From Phaeosaccion multiseriatum (Eukaryota > Protista > Ochrophyta, other classes), in the NCBI GenBank assembly GCA_965112735.1, contig OZ218953.1:4898001-4962000 (forward strand): DNA of 64,000 nucleotides, given 5' to 3'. This document shows positions 11,636 through 24,408 of this stretch, one piece after another; the stretch's first letter is position 1; each line of letters opens with the position of its first letter. The notes under the pieces are model-generated. The model did no database searches. It was not told the DNA's origin and worked only from the letters and a program-made list of their open reading frames with translations. The position numbers and the translations under genes were made by a program.

Positions 11636-13323
11636 TGACATGACAGACAGACAGACAGATAGACAGACAGACAACGGCAGATGGAGCCTTAGTAAGCACT
11701 TGAGGAGTTGAAACAAGGCAAGGTGAGGCGTATCACGTGTCGAGAAGGGGAGGCACACAAGACAAAAGGGCTGTAACTTTGGGCCTCCTCACCCGCAGCA
11801 AGCCCCGAGAGACCTCCAGGCCCTGAGGGCTCCCCGTGCAATCCACGACGACGTCGAAGGACCCCGCGGCCTCCGTCAAGGCGTTCTGAGGGGTATCGGT
11901 ATCGCCCCTTGGCGGCACCAAACTGAAGTCGACAACGTCTTTCAAGAGATCTGCCCGCTCTGCATGCCTAGCGAAGAGGGTGGGTTTGATCTGCGGAGAC
12001 ATTGGAGGGGGAGGGTGACAAGGGGGGATATGAGGAGGGCACCCGGGTATGTCATGTTTGGGAAAGGTACGGCGGGTGAAGCAGCGGTTGTACGGACTAG
12101 AGTGGTCTGTCCGACCACTCCACCCAGTGCACTGACTAGCCTTGGGTGACACACTCTCATGAACGAAGCCAGACGACAAGTCTTGCAAGCCCCCTCTGGC
12201 CTCACCTTTAGCTCTGCCCGCCCCAAGGCCTCGCAAACCATCAAGCCGAGCTTTCCATCGCCTGAGGAGTCGGGGTCCCGGTAAACGATCAGAAACACGT
12301 GGTGGTGGTGGAAGTGGTTGTGGTGGTGGTGGTGGTGGTGGTGGTGGTGGAGGAGGAGGAGGAGGAGGTGGAGAGGAGGAGGAGGAGGAAGAGAGGAGGA
12401 GGAGGAGGAGGAGGAGGAGGAGGAGGAGGAGGAGGGGGAGGAGGAGGAGGAGGAGGAGGGGATAAGAGTGGGGCAGAGAGCAGGAGCGGATGCGACAGCT
12501 TACCTAGGATTGCGACGCGCTGTGTTGAGCCCCGGACGACTGCCTCCTGCTCGAGGATGCGGCAAGCGGCGGCAAGGGGCTCGACGAACACAGCCGCTGA
12601 GAAGGTGAGGTCGCGGCAGCAAGAGAATTCGACCAGAGAGGCATCAGTTCGCTTCCTCGTCGTCGACGAGTTGAGAGGTGCAGGACCAAGAAAGCCAAGA
12701 CAAACGAGAGGAGCAGAGGCAGAAGTACCACCACACACCTTCGTCGGAGATGCACTCCGGTATAACGTGAAGGTTTGCCTCTGGAAGGCTGAGGTATTCC
12801 GCCCAGCACCCATCCTTTCCGAGTATGCCCATCACCGTCCTGAATCAAGGGGGGGGGTGGGGTTACGGCGTGCCCATGCTCCCAGCTCTACTCAATCTCC
12901 AACTCAACGGCATTATATACCTCTCACCGATTTGGGCAATGATTGCGGCTCATGTCATCGCGCCTCTCGCAAACAGTGCAGCTCTTCTTCTCGCTCCGGC
13001 AAGCCAGGTTGATTTCTCCACACACCCTCTTGCCGTGCAGGGCGCTCCCCTCGCTCACCACTTTCCCAACAAACTCGTGGCCAAGCACGCCCCGGAAGTT
13101 CATATAACCCTTGCATATTTCTAAATCGGTGTTGCAGACGCCGGCGCGCAGCACCTGAGGAGGAGGAAAGGGAGGACGGGGTGAGAGGGGTAAGGGAGGA
13201 GGGGTCAGGCAGTATCATCCTCACCTTTATCAGAACTTCTCCTTGTGCGGGAACCGGTTGGGGGTGATCTAAGAGGAGCGTGGCTCCCTCCGCACCATCT
13301 ACGCCCACCGCGACAGCCCTCAT
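11291..13323 (-). CDS. Zinc-dependent alcohol dehydrogenase (MDR family), multi-exon
   Basis: LRAGVCNTDLEICKGY, VLGHEFVGKV, structural-Zn Cys cluster, FVEPLAAAC, GDGKLGL, FDVVVDCTGSPQGL, GTLVLKST, LVGSRCGPF. Confidence 0.9.
12300..12460. repeat. Compound (GGT)n(GGA)n microsatellite in an ADH intron
   Basis: Direct reading. Confidence 0.9.
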
Positions 13324-13467
13324 TCTTGCGATTTCTATCGATTTCCTTGCCTTGGCTCGGGGAGGTGTTTGGTATATTTTTTTTTTTTCGCATTTTACTT
13401 TTGCACAGATGGCACTGGACGTCCCCCCGCCAATGGCCAAGAAATCCGTCAAACAAAAAGAGACGCG

Positions 13468-16400
13468 ATGGGGGGCAAGAGAAGAGCACGGGAGGAGGGC
13501 CGAGGCCCGAAATCTGTCCCTGCTCCCCCTCTTATGCCTCCGGTCATCGGTCCTTCTTTCTCGCTCCACAGATACCCAGGGAAGGACACAGCCAAGAAGC
13601 TCAGGGTGAGTTGAGGGGCGCTCAGCTGCGAAAGCGAAAGGGACTGCTTCTCACGTGCTGCTGCATCTAACTCGCGGCAAGCTATGGGTCGCGGAAGGTC
13701 TCAGAAGCGAGTATATGCTGCTTCCTGGGAAAGGGCTGGGTAGGTGGTCGAAGTTAATCAACGTGGTGGGGTCAGACGGCTGATCCAGGCAAAGAAGCGA
13801 AGAAGAAAGCGAGCGAGCGCGAGAGTGACACACAGCGGACACCGTGGGCAGAGATGATACAGCAGAAACCGAAGGGGGGCAGAGTTGCTGCGAGCGGCCT
13901 TCATGCAGGAGCGGGCAACAGAGGCACCCACACGCACGCTGCATTCGAGGGCCTGCCTCCCCACTCTTATCCCCTGTGCCCTCCTTTTCTCGCTCTCCAC
14001 CCCTATTCTGTCGCTCGGTAGACGCTCGTGGCACCTCATGTGGAGTCGTTCAACTACTTTCTGGACGAGGGACTGGTCCAGGCCGTCAAGGATCTCCCGA
14101 AGGTGGAAACGCAGCTGGGAGAGGGTGGGCCTTTAGTTCGCATGCATATAGAAAGTGTCAAAGTGGGCTACCCGGCGAAGAAGAACGACGATACCGTGAG
14201 CACCAAGATTCTGCCGAGAGAGTGCAGAGAAAGAGGCTTAACCTACTCGGCGCCCTTCTTGGCTACTGTGGTCTTCCAGGTGAGGAAATGACTCCGCTTG
14301 CTTGCTCTCAGCTGCCTCGCCTCTCTTGTATCTTTGCTATGTATGATTTTCCCTCTTCCTGTCGAATATCGTACGCGCTTTGTACAACAGCTCGATTCCC
14401 TGTTCCCCTCCAACAGTTGCGGAACGAATCAGAGTATTTAGACATGATGAACGGCCCTCTCACCCACTCCCCCCACCCGCAGATTGACGACGGGGAGGAG
14501 CAGCGCGTGCAGCGGCGCTTCGGAGACTGCCCCATCATGGTGCGCTCCACACACTGCCATCTCAACAAGCTCACACCCAGGGAGATGGTGATGAACAAGG
14601 AGGAGACGAGCGAGATGGGAGGCTACTTTGTGGTGAATGGAATCGAGAGGGTCATCCGCCTGCTGCAGGTGCGCCGATCTGGGAGGTGTACGCGAGAGAG
14701 AGAGGGGGAGGGAGAGAGAGAGGGGGAGGGAGGGAGAGAGAGGGAGGGGGAGAGAGAGAGGGAGGGAGAGAGAGAGGGGGGGAGGGAGAGACCTCCCTGG
14801 AGAGTGTCTCTTGTCTGCTTGTTGCGTGCCCCATGGGTGCGATGCGCGTGCTCTTTTTTTTTACTTATGGTGGGGTGGGGGGTATTTTTTTTGTGCGTTT
14901 ACCTATACATTCCACACATACACACACATCCATCGCAATCTCTCGCCCTCCAGGTACCTCGGCGCAACCATCCCCAGGCTATTAGCAGAGCCACCTTTGT
15001 GAATCGCGGCCCTTCCTACAGCAACAAGGGAGTGGTGATACGCTGTGCCAAGCAGGACCAATCCACCATCACGTGCACGCTCCACTACCTCACCACGGGG
15101 GGTGCGACACTGCGCTTCACTGTGAGGAAGCAAGAATTCCTTGTGCCTGTGGTGACGGTACTCAAGGCATTGAAGGACATTTCAGATAGGTAGGTGGCGC
15201 GAGGAAGGGGAGGAAGAGGAGAAAAGGGAGGGAAGGAGGGAGGGAAGGAGGGAGGAGGGGAGCAGCGCAGGAGGGCCAGGGGGTCAGCAGGGGCTTCCGG
15301 AAAGAATTGAGGGGGGCTCTCGGGGGTCTCTGTGTTCTGGAGTCGGAGTCCGCCGGCGTTCTGGCGGGAGGAGTGGGTAGCGTCGCCTTCAGCAGAGGAT
15401 GGCAACTCACAGCCCTGTATCGACTTTCTCTCTCTCTCTCTCTCTGGGTCTTTCCCCTCGCCCCTTCCCTTCCCTTGACTGCCCCGCAGAGAGATATTTG
15501 ACCGTTCATTGCAGGGAGACGACAACACCTTCATGGCGGCACGAATCGAGGTACGCAGCACCCTGTATGTGGGAGGTGTATGGGAGGACCATGCGGGAGG
15601 TGTATGGGAGGACGAGGAGCGTGTCAGGGGCACGTCCATTAAGGCTTGTGCGGAGCGGCTCAGGACACCCCTCAAGGGCAGAGGAAGAGGAACAGAGGCA
15701 AAGTGTGGGGAGCGGAGGTCACGAGGAGGCCTTTCTCCCTCTTCGTCCTGCTCCTTCATTTCTACGTACCCGCTACACGTACCTACAACCACCACCCGAT
15801 CGACCCACCTAGCCCCTCCCCGCTCCACATACCACACACACACACACTCACTCTGCCCGTACCGAAACGCGACCCTCCCGCCCTCCCCCTTCTCCGCCGG
15901 GACATAATTGACTTACTGCCCTTCTCTCAGGTCCTGCTGCGAGACGCCAAGAGGGCGGATCAACACACGCGGGAAGAGTGCTTGGCCTTCTTGGGCTCCC
16001 GTTTCCGGTCGGTCATGCCCGGCTACGATGGCCTGACGGATGCAGAGACGGGAATTGTCGTCATCGATAGGTACGGAACTCGCGACTCTGGTCCAGTGAG
16101 AGTGCGGGCCTACCCATGACTGACGGGCATTGGACTAGACATGTTCGTAAAAGCACCGCAGGGGGGATGCGACAGAGCTTCTTGCTCTCCCCCTTCCCCC
16201 CGACCCCTCCCCTCGCCTTTCCAGGCCCTCTCTTCACTCGAACGTTTGTGTTTATTTGTGAGAGAGGCCGCGCAAAGAAGGAGCGAGGGGAAGCCAAGTC
16301 GAGTCGGAGCTGTGTCACATGCTCTGTGTGTGGCACGTGCGACTGACAGAGGCTGGTGCGAGAGTGATTTGGGATGGCAAAATTAGCGCTGCTGCACGCC

Positions 16401-19400
16401 ACTGGCTCGCACCGAGACTCCCCTTTGGACCGTTTTGGAAGGGAGGGGGCATGCTCCGCTCTGCCGACACACCACGCACGCGCCAGTCTCCTGCCCACAT
16501 CTGACCACACACTGTGGCGTCTTTGTTTCTCTCTCTCTCCCCCTCTCGCTCTCGCTCTCTCACTCTCTCCCCCTCTTACCAGTTTTCTGCTTGACTTTGG
16601 TCTGTGTACACGTACAATGTGGGAAAGAGATGGAGACAGGGAGAGACAGTCGGAGTAGAGAGACAGACAGACAGACAGACAGAGTATTGCATGTACGAAA
16701 TTGTGCTCATGCATGTCCCTTCCTCCCCCTCCCTCTTGTTGCCTTTCCTCAAATCAAACTGTCCTTTGGTCCGTGCTCTGTCTTCCTCTCCCAACACACA
16801 CACACAAAGATACGTGCTGGTGCACCTCACACGCCACGCCGACAAGCAGCAGTGCCTCCTGCTGATGTTGCGTAAGCTCTACACCTTCGTGCAGGGGCAG
16901 TGTAGCGAGGATAACCAGGACGCTCTCTCCAACCATGAGCTGCTGCTGCCCGGCCACCTCCTCACTGTCTATCTCAAGGAGAAGATGGAGGACTGCCTGC
17001 TCAACATTCGAGGGGCGCTGCTCAAAGACGCCCGTAAGAACCTTCCGCAGCTCCTGGCGGATGTGTACGATCCCAAGTTCATGCTCAAAGTCATTGACAG
17101 GTAAGGAAGTTACGGCGTTACGGTTTCGGTCGGTGCAGTACGGCTATAGCGGTACGACAGGGGTACTTCACGAACGATCGCACGAGGCATACACACTTTG
17201 TCCCCACGCCCTTTTCCTCCCCCCTCTTCTTCCTCTCTCTCTCTCTATCTCTCTCTCTCTCTACCTCGTGGATGCTGCTGCTAGTCGAAGCCAAGCAAGA
17301 AGACCTCCCAATCAGTCGTGCACAGTGTTTGTTTCGGTCCTCCCCTCCCCTGTCTGTGTCTCTGTCTGACTGACTGACTGACTGACGCAAGTGTTCTCGT
17401 CATCTTGGACTCTTTACTCTGCAGATTCGGATGCTCTGTAGCGAACAAGATCGCGGTGTTCTTGGCAACGGGCAACGTGACGAGCTCTACCGGGCTTGAC
17501 CTCATGCAGGTACGGTGGGTGTGCGTATGCGCGTGTGTATGTGCATGTGTATGCGTGTGTGCATGTGTGTGCATGTGTGTGCATGTGCGTGTGCGTGTGC
17601 GTGCGTGTTGTATTGAGAGACTGGCGGGACGCTCAAAATTGTTGCGGACAGGCCCCCTGCCTTGGCTGTCTGCCATTGTCGCACATAGGCAGGGGGCATC
17701 TCTCGCGCTCTATTATCTTTCCAACGTGAAGATGACCTCTAATGCCGCACCTCCTTGGCATACGCCCGACGTTCTTACCCTCCTGGCCTTGCCTCGCTCA
17801 CTCGACCCTCCACCCCGCTTCTGACCCTTCTTGTCTCCTCTCCTTTCTCGACCATCCAAACCCGTCCTACAAAAGGTGTCCGGTTTCACCATCGTCGCCG
17901 AGCGCATCAACTTCCTCCGCTACATGTCCCACTTCCGCAGCGTGCATCGCGGGCAGTTCTTCACCACCATGAAGACCACCGCCGTCCGCAAGCTGCTGCC
18001 AGAGTCGTGGGGCTTCTTGTGCCCGGTGCATACCCCAGACGGGGGTCCGTGCGGCCTGCTCAACCATCTGGCGGCGGAGTGCAGGGTCCTTTGCTATAAC
18101 TCCTCGAGGTGTGTGACATTGGGAGGGACGGACGGACGGAGGGAGGGAGGGAGGGAGGGAGGGTGGGGAGAGGAGGCAGGCAAGGAGGGAAGAGATAGGA
18201 AGGAAGGGACGGAGGAACTGGGAGGAAGGCCCCGCGCTCCCTCCGCGCCGTCGTTGTGTTCCTGTCTGTGTCACCTCTCGTGTTTCCATTTGCCCGTATG
18301 CTTGTATTGTAGTCTCCTTCATCCATCGTCCACAGCGGCAAGCTGTACACTGCTTGATACAGTTTCCTCTCCTCTACGGTCTTTTTGAGGCGCTCAATCC
18401 ACTTCCTCTCCTCTTCCCTTGTATGCCCCGCCCCCTTCCTCAGTCCTTCTGAGCATCAGGCGCGAGACCAACAGCAGCAAGCAAAGCCCCAAGGAGGAGC
18501 GGCAGAGGAGAGTGAGGAGCAGCAGCAGCAGCACAAAAAGAAGAAGGGAGGGGGCCCTCTTGACCCTTCTTCACGGAGTCTCGACGAGGTGCTTGTCGCT
18601 CTCGGAGTGACGCCTGCAAGCACTGGCGGCGGAGATGGCAACCCAATGCTGCCCACAGGCTTCCTGCCGGTCACGGTGGACGGTCGAGTGGTCGGGGGTG
18701 GCTCAGAGGCCACACTGAGGGAGGTTAGCAAGGCGCTGCGGAGTCTCAAGGTGCAGGAGACATCGGCGGTGGAGCCGACTCTAGAGGTACGACAGAAGGA
18801 TAGATGATGATGATATGACGTGTGCTGGCTTTGATAGAGGGGGGGCTTTGGAAGAAAGGAGGCAGGCAAGGCGGTGAGGGGCGCTGCTGCTTTCCAAAGG
18901 GGCTGTCTCAAGACAAGAAGGCGTATGCGGTGCCCTTCACGGTGCGTTGAGGTGCCCCTCCACCTTCGCCTTCGGCCTCAGGCTCACCCTCAGCCTCGCC
19001 CTTGCACTCGCCCTCACCCTTTTGGCGTCCTTTCTTCCCTTTTCTTCTCTCCTTCCCTCCCTCCCTCCCCTCTCTCCTTCCCCCCCTTCCTTCCTCGCGT
19101 TTGTGACGCCTTGCCACAGGTCGGGCTCGTTCCTCCGATGAAGGGCGGTGCGGGGCCCTTTCCTGGGCTCTTCCTCTTCACACACGCAGCCCGGATGGTG
19201 CGGCCAGTGCTGCAGCTCGGCACCAATCGGAGAGAGTGGGTGGGCCCTATGGAGCAGGTTAGTGGGTGGGTGAGTGATGTGAGTGAGTGAGTGAGTGAGT
19301 GAGTGAGTGAGTGAGTGAGTGAGTGAGTGAGTGAAGTGAGTGGGTGAGTGAGTGCATGGGTGAGTGAGTGGGAGTGAGTGAGTGGGAGTGAGTGCGTGCG

Positions 19401-22315
19401 TGTGTGTGAGTGAGTGAGTGCATGCGTGCGTGAATGCGTGAGTGCAGCGCCCGCTGCATGTCTGCTTGTGGTTTGGGCTGGGTGTATGGGTGCGATCGAT
19501 CGATGGATCCATTCCGTTCTGTCTCCATCCTGTTCTCCAGTACCGTTCCCTGCGCCCGTCCTCTTTTACATATTTATCAAAGAAAAGTGTTCATTCTCCT
19601 TTTGTTCTCCTTCCTGCACCAGGTTTTCATGGAGATTGCCTGCCTCCCAGACGACATCCGCCCAGGCCAGACCACACACCGAGAGCTCGATCCTACCAAC
19701 ATGCTCTCTCTGGTGGCAAGCCTCACCCCATTCAGCGACTACAACCAGTCACCACGGAACATGTACCAGTGCCAAATGGGCAAGCAGACCATGGGCACTC
19801 CGGCGCACTGCATCACGCCCCATCGAATAGACAACAAGATGTATCGCATTCTCTTTCCGCAGGTGAGAAGGGTGACGGTGAGGGTGAGGGGCGGCGAGTC
19901 GGGGTGGGTGAGCGTGGGTGAGGGGCGGCGAGTCGGGGTGGGTGGGTGGGTGAGGGTGAGGGGCGATATTGATGTACTAACATGTAATATGGGTTCAGGG
20001 GGGTGAGGGAGAGAGGGAGGAGGGGAGGGAGACGGAGGAAGAGGAAGGGTGAAGGAGAGTTTTAAATGTTCATTTCAAAAGCCGACAAATGTCGATATGG
20101 AGTGGGTCTTCGCAGCGGGGGGGGGGGGCAGGCCATGCTAGTGCTGCTTGACTCTGCCCTGTGATATCCCTCCCCTCTGTTCGTGTCCCTTATACTGATG
20201 CCCCCGTCGTATCCCTCTGTGCCCTCCTCCTCCGCTCATCTCCACTATTAGGCGCCCATTGTGCAGACGCGGCGCCACTCGGAGTACCAGATGGATGACT
20301 ACCCACAGGGCACCAACGCCGTCGTTGCCGTCATCTCCTACACGGGCTTCGACATGGAAGACGCGATGATCCTCAACAAGAGCAGCTACGAGAGGTGTGT
20401 GTGTGCGTGTGTGTGCGTGTGTGTGGGTGTTTAGGTGGATGTGGGTGTGTGCGTGTGCATATGCGTGTGTTGCTTGCGCTTGACTCTAAGGTGAAAGTGA
20501 ATCGGCGTACACACATGCATAACACATACGTAACGCATACACGACACATACATAACACATACATACATGCATGTGATGGGATGATGTACTGCACAGGGGT
20601 TTCGGCCACGCGTCCGTCCTCAAGACGATGAACGTAAACCTCAAGAGCATGGCCGGCGGGGGGGGTCGGCACCCGGTCTCTGCAGCCAAGCTCAACCTCA
20701 GGTTTCGCAACACCAACAAGGGGGACGAGAACAATGGGGCGGCTGCCAAGCTACACGACAGTCTGGAGATGGATGGGTTACCTGCTGTGGGGAATTGGGT
20801 CAACGAGGGAGACCCACTCTACTGCGTGGTGGATGAGCTCACCGGCGCCGTCACGGTGAGTGATGCGAAGGGGAGTGGAGGGGAGTAAGGAGAAGAGAAG
20901 AGAAGAGAAGCTCCCCAAAGAGAACATTCCCGCCTGTGGCGAGAGAGAAGGGGGGTTATTGCTGCTCGGACTGTCCCGCTCACGCACTCACACCGCCTTT
21001 TTCCTTGCCCCCCCCCCCCCCCCCGACCACACACACACACACACGCGCGCGCGCTTGCTTCTGCTGCCTGCCACTGCTGCCACCGCCACCGCCACTGCTG
21101 CCGCTGCTACGGCCACCTCTCCTTCTTCAGACGGGCAAGCACAAGGAATCGGAGAAGGCTGCGGTGGAGAACGTTCGTATCATCGGAGCAGAGGGGCAGA
21201 AGGAGCCGCTGAGCCAAGTCAGTATGACTTTGCGCTTCCCCAGGAACCCCATCATCGGCGATAAGTTCTCGTCACGGCACGGTCAAAAGGGCGTCATGTC
21301 TATTCTGTGGCCGTCGACAGACATGCCCTTTACGGAGTCGGGAATGAGTCCCGACATCATCATCAACCCACACGCCTTCCCCTCCCGTATGACCATTGGT
21401 ATGCTCATCGAGTCTATGGCGGGCAAGAGTGGCGCCCTGCACGGAGCCTATCAGGACGCCACGCCCTTCGCCTTCCATGAACAAAACCGCATCATTGACC
21501 ATTTCGGGGAGCAGCTCAGCTCGGCGGGGTATGCGTATTACGGATCGGAGCCCCTCTACAGTGGCATCTCTGGCACGGTCATGCATGCAGACATCTTCAT
21601 CGGGCTTGTGTACTACCAACGTCTGCGGCACATGGTGTCAGACAAGTCGCAGGTACGTACTGTATGTTCATGATGCTCGCTGTGTTCTCCCTCCCTCCTC
21701 TCGTCGTCGCTGTCCTTCCTCTTGCCTGCGTGTCCCATCTCACTCTGCCGCCTTTCCCTCCGTCCCTCCGTCCCTCCCTCCCTCCCTCCCTCCCTCGCTC
21801 CCTTGCTCCCTCCCTCCCCCGCACTCTATATTCTGTGTACTGACTGACTGACTGACTGACTGACTGACTGACTGACTGACTGACTGACTGACTGGGTCCT
21901 GCAGGTGCGTGCCACTGGCCCTGTTAACCCAGTGACTCGCCAGCCCATCAAGGGGCGCAAGAAGAAGGGCGGCGTTCGCTTTGGAGAGATGGAGCGAGAC
22001 GCTCTCATCTCACACGGCGCCGCCTTCCTGCTCCACGATCGCCTCTTCAATTGCTCGGACAGGCACGTGGCCAACGTGTGCGCCGGCTGCGGCAGTCTGC
22101 TCAACCCCAGCACGAGGAGGATGGTGGTTTCCACGGCGGGACAGTCGGAGGCAGCGGCAGCGGCGGCGGCGAGTCGGTCCAAGGTGGTGTGCCGGAGCTG
22201 TGGAGACGAGCAGGGGCAGGTCAAGGCGGTGGCGCTGCCGTATGTGTTTCGCTACTTGGTCAACGAGCTGGCCGGCATGGGGGTCAAGCTTGAGCTCAAA
22301 CTCAAGAGCTTATAA
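13468..22315 (+). CDS. RPA2: DNA-directed RNA polymerase I second-largest subunit, ~15 exons
   Basis: [134 protein letters not shown]. The ESWGF and FRSVHRG variants are Pol I type. Confidence 0.95.
19258..19445. repeat. (GAGT)n microsatellite starting at an RPA2 5' splice site
   Basis: Direct reading. Confidence 0.9.
21838..21893. repeat. (TGAC)n microsatellite just upstream of an RPA2 3' splice site
   Basis: Direct reading; acceptor AG at ~21903-21904. Confidence 0.9.
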
Positions 22316-22432
22316 TTTTTTTCCTGAGGTTTTTTACGCTTATTTTTTTTTTCCCCTTCTTCAAAGTCGTCCATCTGTATATATACAATCCTCCTCTTCT
22401 TCCTCTTCCTCCCCTTCACTGAAGTCAGTGAA

Positions 22433-24371
22433 TCAGAGGTCCTCAAGGTCCTGAAGGTCCTCCCCGTTCTTGGCGCTTCTGAGGAAGGGCTGCACCACTG
22501 CCCACGCGTTTGTGAGCTTGTGATATCGGACAAGGGCCTGAGCCCGGGCCTGCTCCTCCTCCTCGAACAACATGTCCGGGTGGCACTCCTTCACCTGGCG
22601 CCGGTACTCCGAACGGAGCTCCTCGAACGTTGACGAGCAGTCCACCTTCGGCGCCCAAAAAAAAACGCGGAGGGGGGGGGGGCGAACGGGGTGGTGGGAA
22701 CGGGGGGGGGGGGTGACGGTGAACGTCCGTTTCAGTTTCAGTTTAATAGACCCCGTGGCCACAACATGAATTGGCTCGCTTGTCAGAGCCTACGTGCCCG
22801 ATGGGCAAGCCGGGGTTAAGGGGGGCGAGGGCATTGACCGTCAAAGGTCCATGCACAGAAACAGAGCGAAACAATCGTCTCCAATTGGCGACTGTTAGGA
22901 GGAGACAAAACACTGGTAGACAGAGACGGTGTCGTCTCTCTCTCTGCGTCGCGCTAACCCCCTCATGCATGGAATCAGGGAAGCACGCGACCCCCGCTTC
23001 AGCGCAGGCAAGAAAAGATGGTGCGGGTGCGTGTCATTTGCCTACACTTACGTCGAGCAGTACAGCAAGCGTTACGAGCTCGCTGGGGAAGCGTCCGTCG
23101 CGACTACCTGGCATCATGTAGTACCGCCTCTCCCACTCCTTCTGCCTCCGCTGCTCTTCCGCACTGCCCATATGCCCGTATGCACGAATGTACTCCTCAG
23201 TGGTCATGTCATCCTTGGTCTTCCACTGCCGCCTGCTCTTGTCCTCCGGCTCGTAGCGGCCAGACTTTGGCGGCGTGATGGTCTTTCCAATCTGTTTCGA
23301 ACGAAAGGGACGGCGTTCCAATCGGCGTTAGCGTTAGTGGTAGCCAGGCATCTTCCCTTGGGCACTGTACGATAGCAAGTCTGGATAGAATCGTCTTGTT
23401 GCGGGAGGGTTGAGAAGGCAAGACGAGTGTACTTCTTCTCGGAGTGAGGCGTAAGAGACAGAGGTGCCTTTGCACGATACAAAAGCTTGTGGACCGACCG
23501 ACTGCCCCTGTACGATGGTGAGAGGACTTGGGGCAGGAAAGACGGACCAAAAACCACAGATAGCACCGACGATCCCCCCCCACGTGGTCCCCCACCGTAG
23601 TACTAAGTCGGCTCGACGCCGTTTAACTTCCGAGATCGGACGGATTCGGGTGCTCTCGACGTCATATGGCCGTCCGTTACTACTATGGGATGGGATGGCT
23701 TCTATGTAGACGAAGACTGATGTATGGAAATGATGACGGTAACCCCCCCCCCCATGTCGCCCCTTTGGATCCCCACGTCTTTACCCCAGGGCACATCCCA
23801 CATCTATATATTACACCCTTTAGAGAGGGAGCAAGGTGACGACAAGTGAACGGGCTTGGCTTCACTGACTGACTGACTGACTGACTGACTGACGCACCTC
23901 TGGGATTTCGAACACGCCGGATTTCCAGCTTTCATCGTCGGGAATGGGAGCAGGGTAGTTGCCGAAAACCTTGAAAATTGACGGCCCACCCTCTGCCTTT
24001 CTACTGGCACGAGAAAACACCTGGTAGGCACGGAGCAGGCAGGGAGAGAGAGGGTGGGTGGGGGGGGGGGGATGAATGCTCAATCCCTCTGCAGCGTCGA
24101 GCGCCTCGGAGAGTGACTAAAACCGGAGTCTCTTTGGGAAATACGGAAAAAAGCTCCCCTCCGCATTCCGTAAGCGCACGTCCTCCAGTCCAGTTCGTAG
24201 ATGCACGAAGCGAGTACGCCCCTCACCTGTGTACCACAGTCACTGTCGTACACGGTCCTGAACCTCCTTTGGCCTCTCCGGTGTATCCAGCGAGTGGACT
24301 TTCCCGTCTTCTTGGAAGCAAGTGTGCCCCCCTTCCGCCTATCCAACCCTCCCTTCGCCCTATCTAAGCGC

Positions 24372-24408
<37 letters not shown>

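Noticed and set aside
12289-13012. Poly-P/T/V/G/W ORFs
   Set aside because: They are translations of intronic trinucleotide microsatellites.
13468-22315. Introner-type repeated introns in RPA2
   Set aside because: The introns examined are canonical GT-AG and share only microsatellites; I saw no mutual sequence similarity, TIRs or TSDs.
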